DNA of 64,000 nt, taken from an uncultured Gemmatimonadaceae bacterium. GTDB taxonomy: Bacteria; Gemmatimonadota; Gemmatimonadetes; Gemmatimonadales; Gemmatimonadaceae. The DNA lies in contig CAWHHI010000008.1 of the NCBI GenBank assembly GCA_963829055.1, forward strand, positions 32,001 to 96,000, in the 5' to 3' direction. The translations under genes and the position numbers were made by a program. The notes under the pieces are model-generated. The model made no database searches, was not told the origin of the DNA, and was given only the letters and a program-made list of their open reading frames with translations. This document shows positions 9,565 to 18,254 of the stretch, piece after piece. Positions within the stretch are counted from its first letter, which is position 1; the number at the start of each line of letters is the position of its first letter.

Positions 9565-10785
9565 TCAGTCGCGTGTGAGATCGGCAACCCCGGCAACGAG
9601 ACGGTCGACCTCGTCGGCCGTCGTATAGCACGCGCATCCAGCGCGAACGACGCCGTCATCGGCGTGCCCGATTCGCTCGAGCACCGTCGTGGCGTAGAAG
9701 TCACCGTTCGAGACGAAGACGCCACGGCGAGCCAGCGCGCGCGCGACGTCGTCGGAGACCATGCCGTCGAGCGTGAAGGCGACGGTTGGCGTGCGAGCGC
9801 TTCCGGGCTGACAGCCATACATCCGCACTCCGGGAATCGCCGATAACCCATTCCACATGCGTGCGAGCAGCGCCGTTCCCTGTTCGTGCAACGTCGCGAA
9901 CGCCGACACGAGTCGGTCGCGCCGCGAGGCGCCCTGCCCCAGGCTGGCGAGATAGTCGACCGCGGCCGCCGCGCCAATGATCCCCTCGTGATTCTGCGTG
10001 CCGGTTTCGAGCCGCTCGGGCGGTGCTTCCGGCGCCGGCTGCAGCTTCGGCACGTCGAGCGACGCGATGAGATCGTTCCTGCCCCACAGCACGCCAACGT
10101 GCGGGCCATAGAACTTGTAGGCCGAGCAGGCGAGGAAGTCGCAGCCTAACGCCTTGACGTCCACGAGCACGTGCGGTGCGTAGTGCACGGCGTCGACGAA
10201 CACGAGCGCGCCCTGCGCCTTGGCGAGACGCGCGGCGGCGGCCACGTCGGTGACCGTCCCCAGCGCGTTGGACGCAGCGCCGATCGCGAGGAGCTTCGTG
10301 CGCGGTGTGATCGCCTGCTCGAGGTCGGCCCAGTCGAGCACGCCCGCCTCGGGATCCATGCGGACCGTCCTGATCGTGACGCCGCGCTCGGCGGCGAGCC
10401 GCGTCCACGGCGCGATGTTGCCATGATGATCGAGCTCCGTGACGACGACTTCGTCGCCCTTGCCCCAACGCGTCGCGAGCCCGCGCGCGAGGTGGAACGT
10501 GAGCGTCGTCATGTTCAATCCGAAGGCGATCTCCGTCGCGTCGCCGTTCACGAAGTCGGCGAACGCCACGCGCGCCGCGTCGAGTGCGGCGTCAGTCTCC
10601 GCGCTCGTCGGGTAGTTCCAGTGCGTGTTCGCGTTGTGGTAGAACAGGTACGTGTTCATCGCCTCGACGACCTGGCGCGGCACCTGCGTGCCACCAGGGC
10701 CGTCGAAATACGCAACGGGGTACCCTTCGTGCTTGCGCTCGAGCGCCGGGAAATCGCGCCTAACGTTGTTGACGTTGTTGCTCAT
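9565..10785 (-). CDS. Cysteine desulfurase-like class V aminotransferase (VC1184-type)
   Basis: YFDGPGGTQVP, LDHHGNIAPW, VDAVHYAPH, CSAYKFYGPH (PLP Lys), ETGTQNHE. Confidence 0.92.
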   Translation of the reverse strand: MSNNVNNVRRDFPALERKHEGYPVAYFDGPGGTQVPRQVVEAMNTYLFYHNANTHWNYPTSAETDAALDAARVAFADFVNGDATEIAFGLNMTTLTFHLARGLATRWGKGDEVVVTELDHHGNIAPWTRLAAERGVTIRTVRMDPEAGVLDWADLEQAITPRTKLLAIGAASNALGTVTDVAAAARLAKAQGALVFVDAVHYAPHVLVDVKALGCDFLACSAYKFYGPHVGVLWGRNDLIASLDVPKLQPAPEAPPERLETGTQNHEGIIGAAAAVDYLASLGQGASRRDRLVSAFATLHEQGTALLARMWNGLSAIPGVRMYGCQPGSARTPTVAFTLDGMVSDDVARALARRGVFVSNGDFYATTVLERIGHADDGVVRAGCACYTTADEVDRLVAGVADLTRD

Positions 10786-11675
10786 CCGGACACCTCGCAG
10801 CCGGCCCAGGACTCGATCAACTTCACGGTCTCCACGTGATCAGCCTCCTCACCTAACGCGCCGCGGGCCACACGGAGCAGGTCGGCGACGGTCTGTGTGA
10901 GCGGCGACGGCACGCGATTCTCCCGCGCGAACTCGGCCGCGATGGTCACATCCTTCTCCATGAGCGCGAGCTTGAACGTGCGGGGGAACGCGCGCGTGAT
11001 CACGCGCTCGGTGAACAGGTTCTGCGACACGTTCGACCGACCGCTCGACGCGTTGATCACGTCGAGCGCGAGGCTCGCCGACACGCCCGCCTTCGACAGC
11101 GAGACCAGCCCTTCGCTGAGCGCCCAGATGTGAATGCCGAGGAGTGCCTGGTTCACCGCCTTCACGGCGTCGCCTGAGCCGACGGGGCCGCAGAGGACGA
11201 TCTTCTTCCCGAACGCCTCGAGCACCGGCCGAGCGCGTTCGAGGGTTGCCTCATCGGCGCCGCACATGACGGTGAGCGTCCCCTGCTGCGCGCCCGACAC
11301 GCCGCCGCTGACGGGCGCGTCCATGAACGCAACGCTGCGCGCCGATAGCCGGCCTGCGATGCGCTTCGACGTTGCCGGATCACCGGACGTGCAATCGATG
11401 AAGAGCACACCGTCGGCGATGCCGGCCAGCAGCCCGTCGTCGCCATCGAGGAGGGACTCGACCTCGCGTGACGTTGGCAGACAGGTGATAACGACATCGG
11501 CCCCACGTGCGGCATCCGCCGGAGATGTGGCGACACGCGCGCCGGTCTCGGCGCCGAACGCACGGGCGCGCTCGGCCGTGCGGTTCCACACCGTGAGGGA
11601 GAACGGCGGCTTGGCGAGATGGAGCGCGATCGGGGTACCGATCGCGCCAAGGCCCAGGAAGGCAACGCTTGTCAA
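10782..11675 (-). CDS. NAD(P)-dependent 3-hydroxyisobutyrate dehydrogenase family oxidoreductase
   Basis: FLGLGAIG, WNRT, DAPVSGG..GA..GTL, VKAVNQ, F.LALMEKD. Confidence 0.92.
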   Translation of the reverse strand: MTSVAFLGLGAIGTPIALHLAKPPFSLTVWNRTAERARAFGAETGARVATSPADAARGADVVITCLPTSREVESLLDGDDGLLAGIADGVLFIDCTSGDPATSKRIAGRLSARSVAFMDAPVSGGVSGAQQGTLTVMCGADEATLERARPVLEAFGKKIVLCGPVGSGDAVKAVNQALLGIHIWALSEGLVSLSKAGVSASLALDVINASSGRSNVSQNLFTERVITRAFPRTFKLALMEKDVTIAAEFARENRVPSPLTQTVADLLRVARGALGEEADHVETVKLIESWAGCEVSG

Positions 11676-11792
11676 CGGCGGATGGGTGCGGGGTGGTGCA
11701 TAGTTGCGTTGGTGGGAAGCCGGAAAGTCGTGACCCCTCGCAGGTACGTCAACTGGCCAGGGCCAGTGACCGGTGCGCTACGTTTCCATGCA

Positions 11793-12050
11793 ATGCATAC
11801 TGTAGTCACCATCTCCGGCATGTTGGCCGTTCACGCGAAACGCGCCGTCTTTACGGCGCTGGCTGGTGTCGAGGGGGTTCGTGTCGCCGACGTGGAGCTC
11901 GGGCGCGCCATTGTGGAACACGATGCGAGCGTCAGCGAGGAGGCGCTCGCGACGGCGATCGAGTCGGTAGGGTGTCACGTCGTCGCAACCGAACGGCTCG
12001 CGAGTCGAATGCTCCCGGTGGTAGGCAGCGCCGATGATGAGAGCGCGTAG
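11793..12050 (+). CDS. Heavy-metal-associated (HMA/CopZ-like) domain protein lacking CxxC
   Basis: ISGMLAVHAKRAVFTALAGVEGV..ADVELGRAIVEHD..L..AIESVG aligns to the HMA fold. Confidence 0.7.
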   Translation: MHTVVTISGMLAVHAKRAVFTALAGVEGVRVADVELGRAIVEHDASVSEEALATAIESVGCHVVATERLASRMLPVVGSADDESA

Positions 12051-12105
12051 CGGTGGCGCTCGATCCCGACGCCTTTGCGTCGACAGAGCGACCGAACAAA
12101 TGAGA

Positions 12106-12141
12106 AGACGGGGGTTGGCGGATCTTCGCCAACCCCCGTCT
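12106..12141. terminator. Hairpin between convergent genes
   Basis: 15-bp stem AGACGGGGGTTGGCG/CGCCAACCCCCGTCT, 6-nt loop. Confidence 0.75.
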
Positions 12142-12161
12142 CTTGCATTCACGCGAGACCG

Positions 12162-13580
12162 CTATGGGATCGGCCAGCGGACCGTAACATTGTTACCGGT
12201 TGCGACGTACCCAACGGCGAAATACGGCTGCACCGATGTTATCGCGACCGCAATCGTATTGTCGGAGCCGCTGCCCACCTGTCCGAGGCCACTGAGTCTC
12301 GATGGAGCGCCGGCGAGCGTGGGAGGAGGGCCGGACAGGTCGAGACGCCAGACGGTGCCCTGATTTTTTCCACCGGTGCTGCAGCTGTAGCCAACAATGA
12401 TTCCGGCACTGTTCACATCTTGCGCGCGACCGCCGGCGCACGAAGACGACAGAGATGGAAGGGGCGTGCCGACAACATTCCCTGCCCACGTCGTACCGTT
12501 TCGGTACCAGTACACGGGCGTGCCAGCACGCTGTCCAACGACGACGGTCCCCGCGGGATTGATCGCGTAGGCGATCCCGTCGAGCAGTGCGTAGGTCGTC
12601 GCGTTGTTCCAGACCACACCCTGCACGGTTCCGCCGGCGGACGTCGTCCGTCCTGCCGCCTGTCCGGCTTCGTTCACGTCGTAGATCGATGCGGCAGCAC
12701 CCGGAAGGGCGTACTGAATCGGCTGCGGATCCCACGCACCGTTGGCGCGACGCCAGACCACAGGACGATTGACCTGATTGCGCGCGACCGTTACCGCCAA
12801 CCAGCCGCCGGCGAGCAGTGTTCCGTCACTCGCTATTGCGGCTGATGTCGCGTTGCCACCACCGCTACCGGAAAACCCAGGGAGCGTCTGCCGTGTCCAC
12901 TGGCCGCTGCTCATGTCGCGCGTCCACGCGACCGCGACGAAGCCCCCGTCACGGCCTAACGCGACGGTTCCCGTGGGGTCGATGCCCCAGGCCTGACCCG
13001 CGCCAAGGTCGACGGCCGCACCCGAGATGTTGTCATACACCCACGCACCGGACAGGTCGCCATACCCGACGGCGCTCACCTGCTCGCTGGCGCCCATGAC
13101 GTACCCGCCAATCCCGCCGCCAAGCACTTGTGCGGTGGTGACCTCGAACTTCTCGGTGCCGACGCCTTTCTTGCCCCCAATCAGCGTGACTGCAATGTCC
13201 CAGTACGCGAGATCGGCATCGGCCGAAACCGTGATGTTCGCGACGAGCTCGGACGCGCTCACGACGGTGGTCGAGTTCGTGCGCACCTTCGCGGCATTCG
13301 GGACGCCCGCGAGCGCCCATTCCGCCGCCGCACCAGCGGTGAAGCCGGAGCCGAATACGTGGACGTCCAAAGTCGTGTCCCGGCGTGCGTAGGATGGTGA
13401 CGCAGACGTGACCGCGGGCCCCGCGGGCGTCTTGCCTAACGACGGCCGGTCCACGAGACGGACGTTCGTGGGCGCGTCGCTACAGGCGACGGACAGCGCA
13501 GATAGCCCGGCGGCCATCAGCGCACCAGCGGTGCGTCGCGCACGCGAGGCGGGCAAGAGGATGCGCATGTGGTGGGGCAT
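12162..13580 (-). CDS. Secreted lipoprotein with Ig-like domain and HAF-like beta repeats
   Basis: Lipobox VAC; VTSASPS..DVHVFGSGF; repeats A.(D/A)IN.AG..VG and V.W; GGAG RBS. Confidence 0.75.
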   Translation of the reverse strand: MPHHMRILLPASRARRTAGALMAAGLSALSVACSDAPTNVRLVDRPSLGKTPAGPAVTSASPSYARRDTTLDVHVFGSGFTAGAAAEWALAGVPNAAKVRTNSTTVVSASELVANITVSADADLAYWDIAVTLIGGKKGVGTEKFEVTTAQVLGGGIGGYVMGASEQVSAVGYGDLSGAWVYDNISGAAVDLGAGQAWGIDPTGTVALGRDGGFVAVAWTRDMSSGQWTRQTLPGFSGSGGGNATSAAIASDGTLLAGGWLAVTVARNQVNRPVVWRRANGAWDPQPIQYALPGAAASIYDVNEAGQAAGRTTSAGGTVQGVVWNNATTYALLDGIAYAINPAGTVVVGQRAGTPVYWYRNGTTWAGNVVGTPLPSLSSSCAGGRAQDVNSAGIIVGYSCSTGGKNQGTVWRLDLSGPPPTLAGAPSRLSGLGQVGSGSDNTIAVAITSVQPYFAVGYVATGNNVTVRWPIP

Positions 13581-13644
13581 TCTTGGGCTCCAGTGACGAG
13601 AGATCTGTACGAACTCGGGAGACGACGACTGCAGGCCGGCGATT

Positions 13645-13674
13645 CTATGACACGGCAGACCGCCGCCGGATTGC
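13645..13674 (-). promoter_or_regulatory. Putative ECF-sigma promoter, copy 1
   Basis: GCAAT-N15-CGTGTCATAG, 65 nt upstream of the lipoprotein start; same motif and spacing at 17341..17370. Confidence 0.7.
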
Positions 13675-13687
13675 GAGCGACCTCAGC

Positions 13688-16600
13688 TCACCAACGGGCA
13701 CGAGGCAACGCGCCGGCGCGAAACACTGATGCGAGCGGCGACGTCTGCATGACGCCAGCGCCGCTCGCCGCGTACGCCGCCCAGTAGTGCGGCGCGGCGT
13801 ATCGTCCCTCGCGAATGAGATCACGCTGCGCGAACGCGAGCGCCTCAGCCGCATCGCCTCCCGCGAGATGCGCGTAGAATCGATCAGCGAGCGCGGCTGC
13901 GCTTTCATCCTCGACTCGCCACCGCGTCGCGACGACAGTGCGCGCACCCGCGTACAGGAACGCCTGCTCCAGCGTCGCATGATCGGCAGCGCGTGCATAA
14001 CGCGACGACCAGGCCCCGCCCACACCGGTCTCGCACCCGGAGAGAAACACGAGTGGGCTGGTGATCCAGAGCGGAAGCAGTTCGTGCACTTCCAGGCGCC
14101 CATTGTCGGCGCCGGCGCCGCTGCCACGCGCGAGCTCGATGCGTGAGAACATCGGGCTATCGACGTCCAGCACGCCATGCGATGCCACGTGCACGATTGC
14201 TCCCCCTTGCAGCGCTTCGCGGAGGGCCTGCTCTGTTGCGGCATCACCGAGCAGCACTGATGAGCCCGGGTGAATCGCGGCCACGCGGTTGGCTTCACCG
14301 CGCGAGCTGACGAGCGTCGTTGGAAACGGCGCGAACGCCGCAATGCGCGGCTGGTCACTCGTGGTGGGTCGAGCGCCCGAGCGTAGCACCGGCAGCGCCG
14401 CAGCGACGGGCAGATACAGCACCGTGTAATCCTCGACCAGCGCACGACCCGACGGCGACCTCAATGCGGCGAACGGCAGGTACGCGAGAGCGCCGTGCGG
14501 CACGACAACGAGTCGGCGCACTCCCGTCAATCCTCCCGCAGTGGCGACCGGCTCGATGAGCGTCGCGTACAGCGCGCGCAGCACGGCGTGGGCGCTGGCG
14601 TCCGTCGATGCCTGGTCCGCGGAAACACCGGCGGCGAGCAGGTCGCGCGCGAGACGAACCCGCCCCGCGAGATCGGATGCGTTCGCCTCGCGTACCGCCA
14701 CCTGCACGCCTCGCCGGTTGAGCCAGAAGATGATCACCTTCTCGCCTGTCACGAAGAACTCGACGAGCGTCTCGTCCTCGCGGAGCGCGGCGCGGATGAC
14801 ACTCGTTCGCGCGCGTGCGAGACGAGTCTGTGGCACACCTGCTCGCGCGCCCGGATAGCGGACGAGCATCTCGTCGAACTCGCGACGCCGCGCGGCCAGC
14901 TCGGCCGCAAGAGCAGGCTGCGGATCGATCGTACTCCTGCCGCGGGCACGAGGCGCACTCTCGCTATCCGCGGAGAGGCGACGCATCAGTCCGTCGATCG
15001 TGTGGAGCACACGTGCGCGCTCGCCGAGGATCGCGCTCGTGCTGTCCGAATCGTCGTCGCGAACCCGGGCTCGAGCGAGGTGGTCCAGCAGCGCACGACT
15101 GCGAGCGCCGTCCGCGACCTCGAGCGCTTCGCTCGTTCGCCCAGCGCTCAAGAGAGCCAGAACGAGGTCCTCATAGACCGAGGCCTTCTCGGTAATGAGC
15201 GCTGTGCGCAACTCACCGTCGCCAAGAGACGTGCGGATTCGCTCCGCATGCGCGACCGCGAGATTGCCATGCGCGATCGCGGCGTCCAATTCACCCAACC
15301 GCCGGTACGCGCGCGCCGTGAGCGCTTCCGCCTCGAACTGCGCACTGACGCCGCCGATGAAGAGCTCGGACCTCGCCGCCGCCAGGAGCGACAGTACGCG
15401 ACGAGAATCGCTTTCCCGATCCGCGATGCGCGCTGAAGTCAGCGCGAGAAGACTGCGTGCTGGCGCAGTACGCAGCGTGTCCGAGAGTGCCGCGGCGACG
15501 GCAAGGCGATCACGCGCCGTGGAATGGTCCCCAGATCGCTCCGCCAGCTCCGCATCGACGAGCAAGTCGGTGAGAACGTCGAACCGCGCGTTCATCGCGC
15601 GGTGCATCGCGAGCGCCCTCGCCGCGCTCGCGCGCGCCCGAGCAGCATCCCCGAGCTCACCAAGCACTGTCGCGCGACGTAATAGCACCGCCGCGACCTC
15701 ATCAGGCGCGCCAACGGCGGAGTCCAGCCGGAACGCTTCGTCGAGAATGCTGAGCGCGCGTCGCCGGTCTCCAGTCTTCTCGTAGATCTCGGCAAGGAGC
15801 TCGAGATTCTCGCCCTCCTGCACCGGGAGATCGGACGCGCGCGCAATCCGGATCGCTGTATCGAGCGCCGCGATGGCACGCTGTGTTTCGCCCAACAGGT
15901 CGTACGCGGTGGCGAGTTGCGCGTACGCATTCTCCTCGCCGACCGGATGGTTCGGCTGCGGATGGCGTCGTCGAAGGTCTTCGATCGCTTCGATCGCGGC
16001 GAGCGGAGCACCGAGACGCACATCCACGGCTGCGATCCCCGTGGTGGCGTTCCATTCCGTGATCGTCTCCCCCAGTCGCCGCGCGGCCTCGCGCGCCGAC
16101 ACCAGATCGGCACGAGCGACTTCGAAGTCGCCGAGGTCGTACGCCAGGAGACCTTTGTTCGCGGTGACCTTGGCCAGGCCAACGCTATCACCCATCTCCG
16201 CCGCGGCCACGCGCGCAGTATCGAACAGCGCCACACCTACGTCGAGGCGCCCTTCGTCTCGCGCCAACAGACCCAGCGCATTGTAGGATCGGAACAGGTC
16301 GGCCCGCATGTCGTGCCGACGTTTGAGCGCGAGCGCGTCCTCCCCGAGTCGTCGAGCCTCCGGATAATCACCGAGACGCCATGCGGCGACGCCGAGCGAG
16401 GTGAGCGACCGCGCGACGGCCACGCTGTCGCCTAACGCATACGCCTGTTGCAGCGCGGCCTGATAGTTCGTTCGCGCGCTGTCGTACTGACCGCGCTCGT
16501 ACAAGGCGTCGGCCGCGGCGACTATTTGCTCGAGTCGGCTCGCGGGGCTTCCGTCCGCTGTAACGGTCCCGGGAGTGACAGAACCGGACGCTGACGTCTG

Positions 16601-16693
16601 ACGCGGCCGCGGATCGAGCGCGGGCGTCGACGCGTCGCCGCAACTCATCGTTGCGACGAGCATGATCGGCGCGCTCAACGTCGCGAGGCGCAT
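13688..16693 (-). CDS. TPR + CHAT (caspase-like) domain protein, probable lipoprotein
   Basis: TPR helices; LVVVPHGALAYLPFAAL; catalytic HVASHG and FLSGCETG; AFLYAGA..VVATRWRVED; PHYWAAY; N-terminal hydrophobic segment ending in TMSC. Confidence 0.93.
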   Translation of the reverse strand: MRLATLSAPIMLVATMSCGDASTPALDPRPRQTSASGSVTPGTVTADGSPASRLEQIVAAADALYERGQYDSARTNYQAALQQAYALGDSVAVARSLTSLGVAAWRLGDYPEARRLGEDALALKRRHDMRADLFRSYNALGLLARDEGRLDVGVALFDTARVAAAEMGDSVGLAKVTANKGLLAYDLGDFEVARADLVSAREAARRLGETITEWNATTGIAAVDVRLGAPLAAIEAIEDLRRRHPQPNHPVGEENAYAQLATAYDLLGETQRAIAALDTAIRIARASDLPVQEGENLELLAEIYEKTGDRRRALSILDEAFRLDSAVGAPDEVAAVLLRRATVLGELGDAARARASAARALAMHRAMNARFDVLTDLLVDAELAERSGDHSTARDRLAVAAALSDTLRTAPARSLLALTSARIADRESDSRRVLSLLAAARSELFIGGVSAQFEAEALTARAYRRLGELDAAIAHGNLAVAHAERIRTSLGDGELRTALITEKASVYEDLVLALLSAGRTSEALEVADGARSRALLDHLARARVRDDDSDSTSAILGERARVLHTIDGLMRRLSADSESAPRARGRSTIDPQPALAAELAARRREFDEMLVRYPGARAGVPQTRLARARTSVIRAALREDETLVEFFVTGEKVIIFWLNRRGVQVAVREANASDLAGRVRLARDLLAAGVSADQASTDASAHAVLRALYATLIEPVATAGGLTGVRRLVVVPHGALAYLPFAALRSPSGRALVEDYTVLYLPVAAALPVLRSGARPTTSDQPRIAAFAPFPTTLVSSRGEANRVAAIHPGSSVLLGDAATEQALREALQGGAIVHVASHGVLDVDSPMFSRIELARGSGAGADNGRLEVHELLPLWITSPLVFLSGCETGVGGAWSSRYARAADHATLEQAFLYAGARTVVATRWRVEDESAAALADRFYAHLAGGDAAEALAFAQRDLIREGRYAAPHYWAAYAASGAGVMQTSPLASVFRAGALPRARW

Positions 16694-16696
16694 TGC

Positions 16697-17296
16697 CTAT
16701 CTGGTCGTGAAGCGCTGGCGACCCGTCCCTACTGATCGGCCATCGGATTTCAGGCCGTCCACGTACCAGTGGATCTCTGCTCCAGGCGCAAGGACAACGG
16801 AATCCGGCAGCGCGACGCTGGTGTCCGACGTGCTGGTCGTCCACCGCGCACGGCCATCCGCGTCGAGGACAGTCAGCGTGTACTCCACCACGGATTCGGA
16901 CGCGCGCCACACGAATCGAACGCCCGCCGGTGTCACTACGGCTTCTCTCGCCGGCATGACTACCGCGAGCGTGGTGGAATTCGCAGCGGAGGGTATTGGC
17001 GCCGATCGCATCCGCGGACTGCTCGCCGTCGGTGCTTGCCGAGAGATGACCATGAGCAGGACTGCCGCGGCGGCCGCACCGACGACCGCGACCGAAGGCC
17101 AGCGTCGCACCGCCGGCGTCGGCGCGGGCGCGGCGTTCACGAGCCGCTTGGCGCTCACGAATTCGGACCGACATTGGAAGCAGTCCGCAACGTGAGCTTC
17201 GACCTCCGCTCGCGCTGATGGAGCCAACGATCCGTCGATGTACGCAGCGAGCGTCTCGGCCGGGAGATGACCCGGCGGCGGAGCTGAGCTCAACAT
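16697..17296 (-). CDS. zf-HC2 anti-sigma factor (alternative start 17335)
   Basis: LAAYIDG.L..EVEAHVADCFQC (HxxxCxxC), one TM helix, C-terminal beta-rich domain. Confidence 0.85.
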   Translation of the reverse strand: MLSSAPPPGHLPAETLAAYIDGSLAPSARAEVEAHVADCFQCRSEFVSAKRLVNAAPAPTPAVRRWPSVAVVGAAAAAVLLMVISRQAPTASSPRMRSAPIPSAANSTTLAVVMPAREAVVTPAGVRFVWRASESVVEYTLTVLDADGRARWTTSTSDTSVALPDSVVLAPGAEIHWYVDGLKSDGRSVGTGRQRFTTR

Positions 17297-17340
17297 GAGC
17301 GTCGAGTCACGGCGAGACCGAGAGCTGGGGGGCACATTGC

Positions 17341-17370
17341 CTATGACACGGAAGAGCGAACGCGAATTGC
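17341..17370 (-). promoter_or_regulatory. Putative ECF-sigma promoter, copy 2
   Basis: GCAAT-N15-CGTGTCATAG between the sigma stop codon and the anti-sigma start. Confidence 0.7.
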
Positions 17371-17399
17371 ACGCGGCCTCGGGCTGATCGACCGTGATG

Positions 17400-18089
17400 T
17401 TACGGAACGGCGCCTTCGAGACCGCGTGCGATGAGCCCGCGGCGCAACACGTCGAGTACGTGATTCAACCGCCGGTAGACGTGAAACGGCGTGGGCGCGT
17501 CGATCACCTCGGCGATCTCCTTCGCCGACAGGTCGTCCTCGAAGCGGAGTTTGATGAGGAGCCGGTCGGCGGCCGGGAGCGCCTCGATCTCCGCCGACAA
17601 TGCCGCGCGCGTTTCCGCCACGATGATGCCCGCATCGGCGGCCTGACAGTCGGTGTCGGGAAGGAGTGCGAGGTCCATCGCCTCCGCCGCGAGGTCAGCG
17701 AGCCGCCGGCGCGCCGCCCGGTCGTCGCGCGCTACGTCAGGCGCGGCCTCAGCGGCCGTTCTCCCATAGCGCTCCCGATGCCAATCATGAGCAAGCCGCC
17801 GAGCGACCACGACGAGCCACGTCGTAAACTTGCCGGTGCCGTCCGCGGCGAATGTTCGCAAGCGCCGACAATCCTGGTCACTCAGCTTCTGCAGGATGAA
17901 CGTGTACGCGTCCATCGCTGAATCGTGATCGCGATCAACCGATCGCACCGCGTGCAGCATGACCTTGCTGTACGTGGCGACGAACGCCTCCCACGCGCGC
18001 TCCCGCCTCGCCGCGGTGGCGGCGTCGAGGAGCGCGGAGAGCTCGGCTGGGCGAGTGTGCGTCACGCGAGAGAAGGGACGACGCGCCAC
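17400..18089 (-). CDS. ECF-type sigma-70 factor
   Basis: AWEAFV..Y, FTTWLVVVARRLAHDWHR (region 2), LPAADRLLIKLRF..LSAKEIAEVI (region 4). Confidence 0.88.
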   Translation of the reverse strand: MARRPFSRVTHTRPAELSALLDAATAARRERAWEAFVATYSKVMLHAVRSVDRDHDSAMDAYTFILQKLSDQDCRRLRTFAADGTGKFTTWLVVVARRLAHDWHRERYGRTAAEAAPDVARDDRAARRRLADLAAEAMDLALLPDTDCQAADAGIIVAETRAALSAEIEALPAADRLLIKLRFEDDLSAKEIAEVIDAPTPFHVYRRLNHVLDVLRRGLIARGLEGAVP

Positions 18090-18121
18090 GTCGAGTTGCT
18101 CGACGAATTCGCGTGCGATCG

Positions 18122-18149
18122 ATAATAGGGGAGGCTGTCACCGGCGCAA
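18122..18149 (-). promoter_or_regulatory. Housekeeping-type promoter candidate for the ECF gene
   Basis: TTGCGC-N16-TATTAT. Confidence 0.45.
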
Positions 18150-18254
18150 CACGCCGCGGAAGCGAACAGGCAAACAATGACGCGCCAGCTTGTTCGCTCT
18201 GGGCCACCCTCGTAACTTGACGCCCCGCCCTCGCCCGCCGCACACGACTCGCCG

